Notes: generated by a model from the letters alone, not told the origin. A DNA stretch of 64,000 nt from an uncultured Pelagibacteraceae bacterium (GCA_902555465.1 CACDSN010000004.1:14860-78859), one strand, 5' to 3'. Numbered from the stretch's first letter, positions 9,528 to 20,094 are shown. Numbers and translations are program-made.

Positions 9528-10531
9528 AAAGTTTTAAAAAGCAAGATCAAAAAATTATAAAACCAAAAAAAATGGGACTACTTGTTGAAAATCCTGTCTA
9601 TAAGCCATTTAGATATCCTTGGTGTTATGATGCTTGGTTGACTCAACAAAGAATTCATTGGCTTCCAGAGGAAGTCCCTCTAGGAGACGACGTAAGAGAC
9701 TGGCAAAAAAACTTGTCTCAAGCTGAGAAAAACTTACTAACTCAAATATTCAGATTTTTTACTCAAGCTGATGTTGAAGTTAATAACTGTTATTTGAGAC
9801 ATTACACTACAGTATTTAAACCCACCGAAGTTTTAATGATGATGACATCGTTTGCGTCCATGGAAACCGTTCATATTGCAGCGTATTCACATCTTTTAGA
9901 TACTATCGGTATGCCCGAGTCTGAATATTCAGCGTTTATGAAATATAAAGAAATGAAAGATAAATATGATTATATGCAAAACTTTAATGTAAATTCTAAA
10001 GAGGATATAGCAAAGACAGTTGCAGTATTCAGTGCTTTTACAGAGGGTTTACAATTATTTGCAAGTTTTGCAATTTTATTAAACTTTCCAAGATTTAACA
10101 AAATGAAAGGCATGGGTCAGATTGTAACCTGGTCAGTAAGAGATGAAACATTGCATTGTAATTCAATGATTAGGCTATTCAAAGAATTTATAAAAGAAAA
10201 CCCAGAAATTTGGACTCCTCAACTCAAAAAAGAATTATACGAAGCTTGCAGAACTATAGTTCATCATGAGGATGCATTTATCGATTTAGCTTTTGAAATG
10301 GGACCAATGAATGGTCTAACGGCCCAAGAGGTTAAAGATTATATTAGATTTATTGGCAATAGAAGATTATCTCAATTAGGTCTAGAACCAATTTATGATG
10401 TACAAAAAAATCCATTAACATGGCTTGATACCATGCTGAATGCAGTTGAACATATGAACTTTTTCGAAGGTAGAGCGACCGAATATTCAAAAGCTTCTAC
10501 CCAAGGATCTTGGACAGAGGCATTCAGTTAA
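9518..10531 (+). CDS. nrdB: Ribonucleoside-diphosphate reductase class Ia beta subunit (start moved to ATG 9518)
   Basis: FFTQAD, ETVHIAAY (radical Tyr), RDETLH, NFFEGRATEY; GAGGAG SD at 9504-9509. Confidence 0.96.
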   Translation: MSVESFKKQDQKIIKPKKMGLLVENPVYKPFRYPWCYDAWLTQQRIHWLPEEVPLGDDVRDWQKNLSQAEKNLLTQIFRFFTQADVEVNNCYLRHYTTVFKPTEVLMMMTSFASMETVHIAAYSHLLDTIGMPESEYSAFMKYKEMKDKYDYMQNFNVNSKEDIAKTVAVFSAFTEGLQLFASFAILLNFPRFNKMKGMGQIVTWSVRDETLHCNSMIRLFKEFIKENPEIWTPQLKKELYEACRTIVHHEDAFIDLAFEMGPMNGLTAQEVKDYIRFIGNRRLSQLGLEPIYDVQKNPLTWLDTMLNAVEHMNFFEGRATEYSKASTQGSWTEAFS

Positions 10532-10545
10532 TTTTTTAGTTGTAA

Positions 10546-11169
10546 ATGAAAGACTTTGGTCTTGTTGTAATTGGAGCACATTTTGGTGTTTGGTTACAAA
10601 ACGAGATATCAAACTATAAAGACCAAAATATTCTTCTAATAGAACCTGTACCTTACAATTATAATATTTTGAAAAAAAATTATAAAGACAGGAAAAATAT
10701 ATTAATCTGCACTAATGCCATATTTTCAGAAAATAAGAATGAAAAATTTTTTTATGTAAAAGAAAATTCAATAGCAAAACTAGGAAAACATTGGGCGAGT
10801 GGTATTGGATCGTTTAATAAGAATCATATTTTAGCCCACAGAACTAAAAGATTTAAAATTGAAGAAAGTGATATTGAAACTATTGAAATTGAATTTATAA
10901 ATTTTAATACTTTAGTAAATAAATATGAAATTAAATCTATAGAAAAATTACAAATCGATGTTGAAGGTGCAGAATATAACATTATTAATTCTATCGATTT
11001 TAAAAAAATTAATATTAAAAATATTCTGTTCGAATCAAAGCATTTTGATGGAACATTCAAAGAAGGTGAAAAATTAGAACTAATAAAGAAAAAACTAATA
11101 TCCTATGGTTATAAATTAACCAAGCTTGATGATGAAAATATTTTAGCTGAAAAATTATCTTTGATTTAG
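10546..11169 (+). CDS. FkbM family methyltransferase
   Basis: VVIGAHFG, LIEPVP, LQIDVEGAE motifs. Confidence 0.85.
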   Translation: MKDFGLVVIGAHFGVWLQNEISNYKDQNILLIEPVPYNYNILKKNYKDRKNILICTNAIFSENKNEKFFYVKENSIAKLGKHWASGIGSFNKNHILAHRTKRFKIEESDIETIEIEFINFNTLVNKYEIKSIEKLQIDVEGAEYNIINSIDFKKINIKNILFESKHFDGTFKEGEKLELIKKKLISYGYKLTKLDDENILAEKLSLI

Positions 11170-12279
11170 TCTAACTACTTTTCTATGCTGATTACCTTTG
11201 TACTTAGCAAGCGGCCTAATTAACTTGTTTGCCGCATGCTGTTCAATAATATGAGCTGACCAACCAGTAATTCTTGAAATCACAAAAATAGGTGTAAAAA
11301 AATCAGTATCAAAGCCCATTAGATGATATGTTGGGCCCGTTGGATAGTCTACATTGGGGTGAATATTTTTTCTTTCGATCATAACTTTCTCAACGATATT
11401 GTAAATTTTTTCAAATTTTTTGTCTTTTTTCAATCTAGCTACTTTTCCAAAATATTCTCGCATTGTTGGAACTCGTGAATCTCCACTTTTATAAACCCTA
11501 TGTCCAAACCCCATTACAACATCTTTATTATCTAAGGCTTTATTAATCCATTTAAATGCATATTCTGGTTTTTTAATTTTATTCATCATATGCATTACTT
11601 CTTCATTGGCTCCTCCATGAAGTGGTCCCTTTAGGCTTGCTATAGCTCCTGTTATTGCTCCATGGATATCTGATAAGCTACTTGTAATAGTCCTAGCTGT
11701 AAATGTTGAGACATTAAAACTATGCTCAGCATATAAAATTAATGATACATCGAAAGCTTTAACTATTTCTTTATCTGGCACTTTTCCAAAACACATATGA
11801 AAGAAATTTTCAGAAAATGATAAATTTTTCTTTGGTGGAATAATTTTTTTTCCTTTTCTCACTCTATAAAAGGCAGCAAGAGCAACTGGTGTTTTAGCAA
11901 ATATTCTCATTACCTTTCTCATATTTGCAGTTGGTGAATTATCTTTAGTCTCTTTATCCTCAAGACCCATTATACTGACGGTAGTTCTAGCCACATCCAT
12001 TGGATGAGCATTCCTTGGAAATCTCCTGATGTCTTGAAGTAAGGTATTTGAAAGTTTCCTTTCCTTACGTTCTTGATTTTCAAATTTTTTAAGCTGACTT
12101 TTATTTGGAAGTTCTCCATTCAAAATTAAATAAGCAACTTCTTCAAACTTACATTTTGCACATAAATCTTGAGCAGCGTAACCTCTGTATGTTAAAGAAT
12201 TAATTTCAGGCATAACTTTAGAAACTTCAGTCTCATCAACAACAATTCCCAATAACCCTTTTTTTATTTCATCACTCAT
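11155..12279 (-). CDS. prpC: 2-methylcitrate synthase
   Basis: LTYRGY, AEHSFNVST, GPLHGGANE, GFGHRVY, PNVD; clustered with prpB and prpD. Confidence 0.92.
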   Translation of the reverse strand: MSDEIKKGLLGIVVDETEVSKVMPEINSLTYRGYAAQDLCAKCKFEEVAYLILNGELPNKSQLKKFENQERKERKLSNTLLQDIRRFPRNAHPMDVARTTVSIMGLEDKETKDNSPTANMRKVMRIFAKTPVALAAFYRVRKGKKIIPPKKNLSFSENFFHMCFGKVPDKEIVKAFDVSLILYAEHSFNVSTFTARTITSSLSDIHGAITGAIASLKGPLHGGANEEVMHMMNKIKKPEYAFKWINKALDNKDVVMGFGHRVYKSGDSRVPTMREYFGKVARLKKDKKFEKIYNIVEKVMIERKNIHPNVDYPTGPTYHLMGFDTDFFTPIFVISRITGWSAHIIEQHAANKLIRPLAKYKGNQHRKVVRLNQR

Positions 12280-13175
12280 TATTCATGTCCATCGGTGTTA
12301 AAATTATATATTTTTTCGTCTAGTGAATTATATTTTTCATAATCAACTAAATCATATAATCTTTTTCTAGTTTGCATTTTATCAATTATATTATTTTGAT
12401 GTCCATCAGTAAAAATAGCACGCAGTCCATCTTCTACATTTTTCATCGCTAATCTTTGGGTGGTTACAGGGTATAAAACAATATTATATCCCAAATTTTC
12501 CAACTCTTGATAATTCAATAACTTAGATTTACCAAACTCCGTCATATTAGCCAACAAATATGAACTAAGTGATTTTCTTACTTTTTCAAACTCTTTCTCA
12601 TTCTTTAATGCTTCTGGAAAAATAATCTCAGCACCAGCATCTATATATGATTTACATCTATCAATCATTTTATCTAAGCCTTCAACAGATTTAGCATCAG
12701 ATCTAGCAATGACTTTAAAATTTTTATCCTTTTTTGCATTCACACATTCTTTGATTTTTTTTAACATTTTTTCGGTTGAAATTAATTCTTTATTTTCAAG
12801 ATGACCACATCTCTTTCTTGCAATTTGATCCTCTATATGAATTGCAGTAATTCCGTAATTTTCTAAAGTTTCAATTGTTTCTTTACAAGATTTAAAACCT
12901 GTGTCTATATCAACAATAGTCGGTAGATTTGTAACTCTCGCTATTTGATTTGATCTATTACTCACATCTTTTAAAGTTGTTAAACCAATATCTGGATAAC
13001 CTAAATCATTAGACATAACACCTCCAGATACATAAACTGCATCATAACCTATCTCTTCTATAAGTTTTGCTGTAAGTGGATTATAAGCACCCGGGACTCT
13101 TAAAATTTTATTAGAATTTAACTTTTTATTAAAATCAATTCTTTTATCCTCAGGTTTTTTTTTAACAAAATGCAT
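12279..13175 (-). CDS. prpB: Methylisocitrate lyase
   Basis: VDIDTGF, IEDQ, KRCGH, LANMTEFGKS. Confidence 0.93.
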   Translation of the reverse strand: MHFVKKKPEDKRIDFNKKLNSNKILRVPGAYNPLTAKLIEEIGYDAVYVSGGVMSNDLGYPDIGLTTLKDVSNRSNQIARVTNLPTIVDIDTGFKSCKETIETLENYGITAIHIEDQIARKRCGHLENKELISTEKMLKKIKECVNAKKDKNFKVIARSDAKSVEGLDKMIDRCKSYIDAGAEIIFPEALKNEKEFEKVRKSLSSYLLANMTEFGKSKLLNYQELENLGYNIVLYPVTTQRLAMKNVEDGLRAIFTDGHQNNIIDKMQTRKRLYDLVDYEKYNSLDEKIYNFNTDGHE

Positions 13176-14680
13176 TAAAAAATAGATTTTCTATTATTTC
13201 TTTTTAATTTTTTATTACTTACTTCAATGTTTAGTTTATGTAGCTGCCCATTTTTTATTTTCCGCAAGTTTTGAACTGTTTTTAAAAATCTTTCACTTTC
13301 TTTTTTTGATATTATTTTATTCGTAAGAATTTTAAATTTTTTTATATAATTTTTTCTTTTGAATGGCCTTTTTCCATTAGGATGTGCGTCTGCTCTTTCT
13401 AATTGTTCTGTTATTTTTTCTCCATTTTTTAAAGTTACTATTACCTTTGCTCCAAATGATTTTTTCATTGGGTTAGGATCATGATATTTTCTAGTCCATT
13501 TTTTATCCTCATGAGTCTTAATTGATTTCCATAATTTAATTGTACTATTTCTATTGGATCTTGATTTACTGTATGATTTTTCGTGATGCCAGTCGCCATC
13601 TTCTAAGGCCACAGCAAATATATACATTATTGAGTGATCAAGTGTTTCCCGACTTGCATTTGGATCCATTTTTTGAGGGTCGTTCGCACCTGTTCCAATC
13701 ACATTATGAGTATGATGACTTGTATAAATATCTACTTTTTTAATATATTTTAGATTATTAATTTTTGCTTTAAGTTTTTTTGCAAGATCAATAAGTGCTT
13801 GAGCCTGATATTCTGCCGAATACTCTTTTGTATATGTTTCTAGGATAGCTTTTTTTTTCTCATTTTTTTTTGGTAAGGGCACTTTATATTTTGCTTTCTT
13901 TCCACCAAGTATCCTCGCTATTAAACTATCTTCACCCTCATAAATTGGACTTGGTCCACCTTCACCTCTCATAGCTCTGTCTACAGCTTCAATTCCCAAT
14001 TTTCCAGCATGCGCTGGCGCAAATGCCTTCCAGCTAGATATTTCACCTTTTCTTGATTGTCTCGTTGAAACAGTAATGTGCAAAGCTTGTTGGATCGACT
14101 GGTAAATTGTTTCAGTATTAAGTTTAAGCATCGAACCAATTCCAGCCGCAACACTTGGCCCCAGATGTGCAATATGATCTATTTTATGCCTATGTAAACA
14201 AATTCCTTTAACTAAATTTACCTGCACTTCATACGCAGTAATAATTCCTCTTAATAGATCCATTCCATTTTTTTTTAATTGTTGAGCAACAGCTAAAAGG
14301 GGAGGAATATTATCACCTGGATGACTATAATCTGCAGCTAAAAAAGTATCATGAAAATCAAGTTCCCTTACAGCTGTACCATTGGTCCAAGCTGCCCATT
14401 CACAATCGAATTTCTTTTTTGAATTGATGCCAAATATTGTAGCACCATTTTTTCTAGTATGTGCTAGCGCCATCTCTCTTGAGGAAATAACAGGTTTTCT
14501 GTTTATAGATGCTATTGCAACCGATGCATTGTCAATGATTCTATTAATTACCATGTCAGCAGAATATTTATCAAGTTTTGCGTTATCACTTGCAATCTCT
14601 GCAATCTTCCAAGCTAATTGATTTTTTTTTGGAAGTTTTTTTTTCGATGGATAAACCTTTACTGTATGTAATATCACCAT
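13175..14680 (-). CDS. prpD: 2-methylcitrate dehydratase (MmgE/PrpD)
   Basis: [35 protein letters not shown]. Confidence 0.93.
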   Translation of the reverse strand: MVILHTVKVYPSKKKLPKKNQLAWKIAEIASDNAKLDKYSADMVINRIIDNASVAIASINRKPVISSREMALAHTRKNGATIFGINSKKKFDCEWAAWTNGTAVRELDFHDTFLAADYSHPGDNIPPLLAVAQQLKKNGMDLLRGIITAYEVQVNLVKGICLHRHKIDHIAHLGPSVAAGIGSMLKLNTETIYQSIQQALHITVSTRQSRKGEISSWKAFAPAHAGKLGIEAVDRAMRGEGGPSPIYEGEDSLIARILGGKKAKYKVPLPKKNEKKKAILETYTKEYSAEYQAQALIDLAKKLKAKINNLKYIKKVDIYTSHHTHNVIGTGANDPQKMDPNASRETLDHSIMYIFAVALEDGDWHHEKSYSKSRSNRNSTIKLWKSIKTHEDKKWTRKYHDPNPMKKSFGAKVIVTLKNGEKITEQLERADAHPNGKRPFKRKNYIKKFKILTNKIISKKESERFLKTVQNLRKIKNGQLHKLNIEVSNKKLKRNNRKSIF

Positions 14681-14726
14681 TACTCCTTTCGGGTAATTAT
14701 TTACAGCTAGCTTAAAGTTTAATCAA
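14679..14726 (-). promoter_or_regulatory. Putative prpD promoter (TTGATT-N17-TAAATA) with spacer palindrome and SD-occluding hairpin
   Basis: -35 at 14726-14721, -10 at 14703-14698; AGCTAGCT at 14705-14712; ATTAC-CC-GAAA-GG-A-GTAAT hairpin at 14697-14679. Confidence 0.5.
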
Positions 14727-14728
14727 TA

Positions 14729-15418
14729 TTAATGATTGAGATATTTCATTATAATTGCCTCAATACCTACAAAATCTTTAATTAAATGGTCATGATGTAT
14801 TTCTGATGTTTTTTTTTCAGTATATCCATTTTCTAGTAGTATAAAAGGAACACCAGCAGATTTAGCAGTTTCAGCATCGGTTTCACTATCACCAATCATT
14901 ATAGATTTTTTTATATCTCCCTGCATAATTTCTATAATATTAGTTAAATGTCTTGGATCTGGTTTGCAAAAATCAAATGTATTACTTCCAGCAATATATT
15001 CAAAGTAATGATTAATTTTTAATTTTTTTAACAAATCAACAGACAAGTAGTCCTGTTTGTTTGTGCATACTCCCAAGGATATATTATTTTTCCTACACCA
15101 TTTTAGAAAATCTTCAGCACCATTTATAATTTTACTTTCAACACAAATATTTTTTGTATAGTAATCTAAAAATTCATTTACCATATTCTTTTTAAGGGTT
15201 TCATTATTTATTTTTTTGAAGTTTTCTTGTGCCTGTCCCCAAACAGATCTTGTGATTAAAGAATTTGCACCTTTGCCAACTAATTTTTTTATATCCTTGG
15301 ATTTTTTTGATACAAAACCATACTTGGCCATAACGTGATTGTGAGCATTAATCAAATCAGGCGCTGTTTCTACCAGAGTTCCATCCAGATCGAATATAAC
15401 TGTTAATTTTTGACTCAT
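14729..15418 (-). CDS. gph: Phosphoglycolate phosphatase (HAD family)
   Basis: FDLDGTL, CTNK, KPDP, IGDSETD; divergent from glmU as in other alphaproteobacteria. Confidence 0.85.
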   Translation of the reverse strand: MSQKLTVIFDLDGTLVETAPDLINAHNHVMAKYGFVSKKSKDIKKLVGKGANSLITRSVWGQAQENFKKINNETLKKNMVNEFLDYYTKNICVESKIINGAEDFLKWCRKNNISLGVCTNKQDYLSVDLLKKLKINHYFEYIAGSNTFDFCKPDPRHLTNIIEIMQGDIKKSIMIGDSETDAETAKSAGVPFILLENGYTEKKTSEIHHDHLIKDFVGIEAIIMKYLNH

Positions 15419-15487
15419 TTTTAAAGTATTAATAAGAAATAATTTGTGACTTAATTATATCATTTACTTAAATATATATAATTTTAT

Positions 15488-16096
15488 ATGAAGCAAGAAA
15501 TAATTCAAAAAAAATTAAGATATAAATTTTTAAAACAGGGGGTAAAAATGGTATCTCCTGAAACCATTTTTTTTTCTAATAAAACCAAAATAGGTAAAAA
15601 TGTTTTAATAGAACCTTATGTTGTTTTTATAGGAAATGTAATCTTGAAAAATAATATAACTATAAAATCTTTTTCTCATTTAGAAGATGTGAAAGTTGAA
15701 AATAATGTCTCTATTGGTCCATATGCAAGACTTAGACCTGGAACCATTTTAAGCGAAGGATCTAAAGTTGGAAATTTTGTAGAAATTAAAAAAAGTAAAA
15801 TTGGAAAACATTCAAAAGTAAACCATCTGTCATATGTTGGAGATGCCAGCTTAGGAAAAAATGTAAACATAGGAGCTGGAACTATAACTTGCAATTATGA
15901 TGGTATTAAAAAACATAAAACTTCAATAAAAGATAAAGTTTTTATTGGATCAAATACATCTCTTGTAGCCCCCATTACTATTGAAGAAAAAAGTATTGTA
16001 GGCGCAGGATCGGTCATAACAAAAAAAGTAAATAAAAATACATTGGCTTTAACAAGATCAAACCAAGTAGAAATTAAAAATTATAAAAAAAAATAA
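15488..16096 (+). CDS. glmU: GlmU C-terminal glucosamine-1-phosphate acetyltransferase domain only
   Basis: GPYARLRPG, GNFVEIK, HLSYVGD, GAGTITCNYDG; 202 aa with no N-terminal uridyltransferase domain. Confidence 0.9.
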   Translation: MKQEIIQKKLRYKFLKQGVKMVSPETIFFSNKTKIGKNVLIEPYVVFIGNVILKNNITIKSFSHLEDVKVENNVSIGPYARLRPGTILSEGSKVGNFVEIKKSKIGKHSKVNHLSYVGDASLGKNVNIGAGTITCNYDGIKKHKTSIKDKVFIGSNTSLVAPITIEEKSIVGAGSVITKKVNKNTLALTRSNQVEIKNYKKK

Positions 16097-17917
16097 ATGT
16101 GTGGAATTGTAGGAATTACTAGTTCAAAAAATGTTTCGAACTCAATACTTAATTCTTTGAGAAAATTAGAGTATAGAGGTTACGACTCTGCTGGCATTGC
16201 AACTTTAGAAAGAGGTTTCATTAAGGAAGTTAAATGTGAAGGTAGAGTAGACGCCCTAGAAAATAGTCTTTCAAAACAAAGTTTAGAAGGAAACGTTGGC
16301 ATAGGTCATGTTAGATGGGCCACGCATGGAGTACCAAGTACAATAAATGCTCATCCACATTCTTCAGATAAAGTTTCTGTAGTACATAATGGGATAGTTG
16401 AAAATTCAACAATTCTAAAAAAACTTTTGATGAAAAAAGGATATGTATTTAAATCTCAAACAGATACAGAAGTTATTGTTCATTTAATTACAGAATATCT
16501 AAAAAAATACGATTTAAAAAATTCAATTATTAAAATGCTTAAAAGGGTTCATGGAAGTTTTGCATTAGGCATAATATTTCAAGATCAACCAGATTTAATT
16601 GTTGGCGCAAGAAGAGGTTCGCCTCTTGCTGTAGGTTATGGACCAAATGAAAATTATTTAGGCTCTGACTCCTATGCCTTGAAATCAATGACTAATAAAA
16701 TCACTTATCTAGATGACAGTGAATTTTGTATAATTAAAAAAGATAATGTTGAATTTTATGATGAAAAAGGAAAAAAAATAAATAAAAAAATTTTAGAACT
16801 TTCAAAAAATGACAAAGAATATGAAAAAGGTGATTATAAACATTTTATGGCAAAAGAAATTGATGAACAACCGACTACTATTAAAAATTGTATAAATGAA
16901 TACATAGACAAAATTAGTAATTCTATAAATATTTATAATTTTCCCTGGAAGGCTTCAGAAATATCTTCAATACTTTTAATAGGTTGTGGTACAGCGTATC
17001 ACTCTTGTTTAATGGGCAAATATTGGTTTGAACAACATACTAGCTTTGATGTAAATGTAGATATAGCCTCTGAATTTAGATATCGAAAAAACAAGTTTAA
17101 AAAAGATTGTCTTTATATTTTTGTATCACAATCTGGAGAAACAGCAGATACATACGCAGCATTAGACTTATGTAACAGAAATAATGTTAAAACATGCTCT
17201 ATTATTAATGTAGTAGAAAGCTCTATAGCTAGAGTTTCTAACTTTGTTTTACCCATACATTGTGGTCCAGAAATTGGTGTTGCTTCTACAAAAGCATTTT
17301 TAGGTCAGCTGTTAGTTCTGTATATTCTGTGTCTAAAATTATCTTTTGATAGAAAAGAAATAGACAAAAAGATTTTTAAATTAAAAGTTAAATCCTTATT
17401 GGAATTGTCAAAAAATGTAAAAAAAACTCTTTTAACAGAGGACCAAATTCAATTAGTTTGTAAAAGTTTTGTTGATGCAAAAGGTTCGATGTTCTTAGGA
17501 AGAGGTTTTTCTTATCCTATAGCATTAGAAGGAGCACTTAAATTGAAAGAGTTAGCATATGTACATGCAGAAGGATACCCAGCTGGTGAGATGAAACATG
17601 GGCCTTTAGCTTTAATTGAAGATGGGATGCCAGTTGTTGTTTTAGCTCCAAGAGATGAATATTTCAAAAAAACAATTTCAAATATGCAAGAAGTAATTGC
17701 GCGTGGAGCCAAAGTTCTTTTGATTACAAATAAAAGTAAAGATGAAATAGTTCATGAAAATATTTGGCAATCTATAAAAGTAGAAAATACAAATGATGAT
17801 TTATTGCCTTTTTTAATTACAATTCCATTACAAAAACTTGCTTACCATTCTGCGCTAAATAAAGGTTATGATATAGATAAACCAAGAAATTTAGCAAAAT
17901 CTGTCACTGTTGAATAA
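16097..17917 (+). CDS. glmS: Glutamine--fructose-6-phosphate aminotransferase
   Basis: MCGI, LEYRGYDSAG, GHVRWATHG, SQSGET, C-terminal AKSVTVE. Confidence 0.98.
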   Translation: MCGIVGITSSKNVSNSILNSLRKLEYRGYDSAGIATLERGFIKEVKCEGRVDALENSLSKQSLEGNVGIGHVRWATHGVPSTINAHPHSSDKVSVVHNGIVENSTILKKLLMKKGYVFKSQTDTEVIVHLITEYLKKYDLKNSIIKMLKRVHGSFALGIIFQDQPDLIVGARRGSPLAVGYGPNENYLGSDSYALKSMTNKITYLDDSEFCIIKKDNVEFYDEKGKKINKKILELSKNDKEYEKGDYKHFMAKEIDEQPTTIKNCINEYIDKISNSINIYNFPWKASEISSILLIGCGTAYHSCLMGKYWFEQHTSFDVNVDIASEFRYRKNKFKKDCLYIFVSQSGETADTYAALDLCNRNNVKTCSIINVVESSIARVSNFVLPIHCGPEIGVASTKAFLGQLLVLYILCLKLSFDRKEIDKKIFKLKVKSLLELSKNVKKTLLTEDQIQLVCKSFVDAKGSMFLGRGFSYPIALEGALKLKELAYVHAEGYPAGEMKHGPLALIEDGMPVVVLAPRDEYFKKTISNMQEVIARGAKVLLITNKSKDEIVHENIWQSIKVENTNDDLLPFLITIPLQKLAYHSALNKGYDIDKPRNLAKSVTVE

Positions 17918-17952
17918 TTGATAAACTCTGTTAAAACAATTTCAAGTTGAAT

Positions 17953-19332
17953 ATGAAAAAATGGAAATTAAATAGCTGGAGAAACTATCCTGTAAAACAC
18001 ATCCCAACTTATGAGGATGAAAAGGAATTGAATTCTGTTTTAAACAGATTGAAAAATTTTCCTCCTTTAGTTTTTGCTGGTGAAACAAGACATCTTAAAC
18101 AACAACTAGCTGATGTTGTAGATGGAAAAGCTTTTTTATTGCAAGGTGGCGACTGTGCAGAAAGTTTTGCAGAATTTAATCCTGATAATATTAGGGATTA
18201 CTTTAAAGTGATGCTTCAGATGTCATTAGTTCTTACTTATTCAGCTTCTCTTCCAGTAGTAAAGTTGGGGCGAATAGCTGGACAATTTTCTAAACCAAGA
18301 AGTGCATCAACAGAAAAACAAGGCGATTTAGAATTACCTAGTTATTTAGGCGACAATATTAATGGAATAGAATTTTCAGAGAAATCAAGAAAACCAGATC
18401 CAAAAAGATTGTTTAAAGCATATTCTCAAGCTGCATCAACCTTAAATTTAATTAGAGCTTTTTGTCATGGTGGATTTGCGGATCTTAAAAAAGTACATTT
18501 ATGGAACTTAGGATATATAAAGAATAGTCCGCAAGCAGCAAAATTTAAAGAACTTGAGGATAAGATTGCAGATGCATTAGCATTTATGGATGCATGTGGA
18601 ATAACTTCAGAATTTAACAGAAGATTAAAAACAGTAAACTTTTGGACTTCACATGAAGCTTTACTTCTTCCATTCGAAGAAAGTATGACGAGAGTCGACT
18701 CAACTACAGGTGAGTATCATGATACATCAGCACATTTTGTTTGGATAGGTGATAGAACAAGACAAATAGATGGTGGACACGTAGAATTCTGTAGAGGAAT
18801 AGAAAATCCAATCGGAATAAAATGTGGTCCAACATCAGACCCAGATGAAATTGTAAAAATTTGTAATTTAATAAATCCAAAAAATGATAAAGGGAAAATT
18901 ACTTTAATTTCTAGATTTGGACATGATAAGGTAGAAAAGTTTTTGGCAAAATTAATCAGAAAAATTAAAAAAGAAGGCATTCATGTAGTCTGGTCATGCG
19001 ACCCAATGCATGGCAATACTATAAAGTCAACAACAGGATTTAAGACAAGACCATTTAATAATGTACTTAAAGAAGTTAAAAATGTATTTGGTGTTCATCA
19101 ATCAGAGGGAACATTTGCAGGGGGCCTACATATAGAAATGACAGGACAGAATGTGACAGAATGTACGGGAGGTGCTCAGAAAATATCAGATCAGGATTTA
19201 TCTAGCAGATATCACACACATTGTGACCCAAGACTTAACTCAAATCAAGCCCTCGAGCTTGCTTTCTTGATATCTGACGAGATTAAAAAAAATACAATTT
19301 ACAGCAGGACAAAAATACAAGCTGTATCTTAA
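17953..19332 (+). CDS. Class II DAHP synthase (ATG 17953; ORF track starts at TTG 17947)
   Basis: QGGDCAE, GRIAGQFSKPRS, WIGDRTR, CDPMHGNT, CDPRLN. Confidence 0.95.
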   Translation: MKKWKLNSWRNYPVKHIPTYEDEKELNSVLNRLKNFPPLVFAGETRHLKQQLADVVDGKAFLLQGGDCAESFAEFNPDNIRDYFKVMLQMSLVLTYSASLPVVKLGRIAGQFSKPRSASTEKQGDLELPSYLGDNINGIEFSEKSRKPDPKRLFKAYSQAASTLNLIRAFCHGGFADLKKVHLWNLGYIKNSPQAAKFKELEDKIADALAFMDACGITSEFNRRLKTVNFWTSHEALLLPFEESMTRVDSTTGEYHDTSAHFVWIGDRTRQIDGGHVEFCRGIENPIGIKCGPTSDPDEIVKICNLINPKNDKGKITLISRFGHDKVEKFLAKLIRKIKKEGIHVVWSCDPMHGNTIKSTTGFKTRPFNNVLKEVKNVFGVHQSEGTFAGGLHIEMTGQNVTECTGGAQKISDQDLSSRYHTHCDPRLNSNQALELAFLISDEIKKNTIYSRTKIQAVS

Positions 19333-19356
19333 AAAAAAATCCTTATTATCAGCTTT

Positions 19357-20094
19357 ATGAATACTAAAGAAAAAATTAATTTTATTTCTAACTGGATTAG
19401 AAGTTATATAAAAAATATGCCTAAAAGTGCCAAATCTTTAATAATAGGTGTTTCTGGAGGTATAGATTCTTCTGTTTCAAGTACTCTAAGTGCAATGACG
19501 GGTTTAAAAACTATTGTTTTATGCATGCCAATTAAACAACATAAATCACAACACGATTTAAGTATTAAACATAAAGACTGGTTAATCAAAAATTTTAATA
19601 ATGTAGAAGGTCATGTAATTGAACTAGATGATTTATTTAAATCATTTGAAAATAATTTATCAAATTTTAAAAATGACCATGGTTTTGCAAATTCAAGAGC
19701 CAGACTCAGAATGACAACACTTTATCAAGTAGCAGCTGCAAATAATGGAATAGTTGTAGGAACTGGCAATAAAGTAGAAGATTTTGGAGTGGGCTTTTAT
19801 ACAAAATATGGAGATGGTGGAGTAGATATTTCACCTATAGCAGATTGTAGTAAAACTGAGATTTGGGAAATTGGAAAAGAATTAAACATTTTAGAAGAAA
19901 TAATTCATGCACCGCCAACAGATGGATTATGGGATGATGGAAGAACAGATGAAGGACAATTAGGCATGAGTTACAAGGATATTGAAGCAGCAATGAATGA
20001 TCCAAAATCCCCAAATAGGGAAAAATATGAAAAAATAAGGCTTACAAATCTTCATAAAATGGAGCCTATTCCAGTTTGTATAATTCCTAGATAA
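19357..20094 (+). CDS. nadE: NH3-dependent NAD+ synthetase
   Basis: GVSGGIDS, RARLRM, GFYTKYGDG; no glutaminase domain. Confidence 0.94.
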   Translation: MNTKEKINFISNWIRSYIKNMPKSAKSLIIGVSGGIDSSVSSTLSAMTGLKTIVLCMPIKQHKSQHDLSIKHKDWLIKNFNNVEGHVIELDDLFKSFENNLSNFKNDHGFANSRARLRMTTLYQVAAANNGIVVGTGNKVEDFGVGFYTKYGDGGVDISPIADCSKTEIWEIGKELNILEEIIHAPPTDGLWDDGRTDEGQLGMSYKDIEAAMNDPKSPNREKYEKIRLTNLHKMEPIPVCIIPR

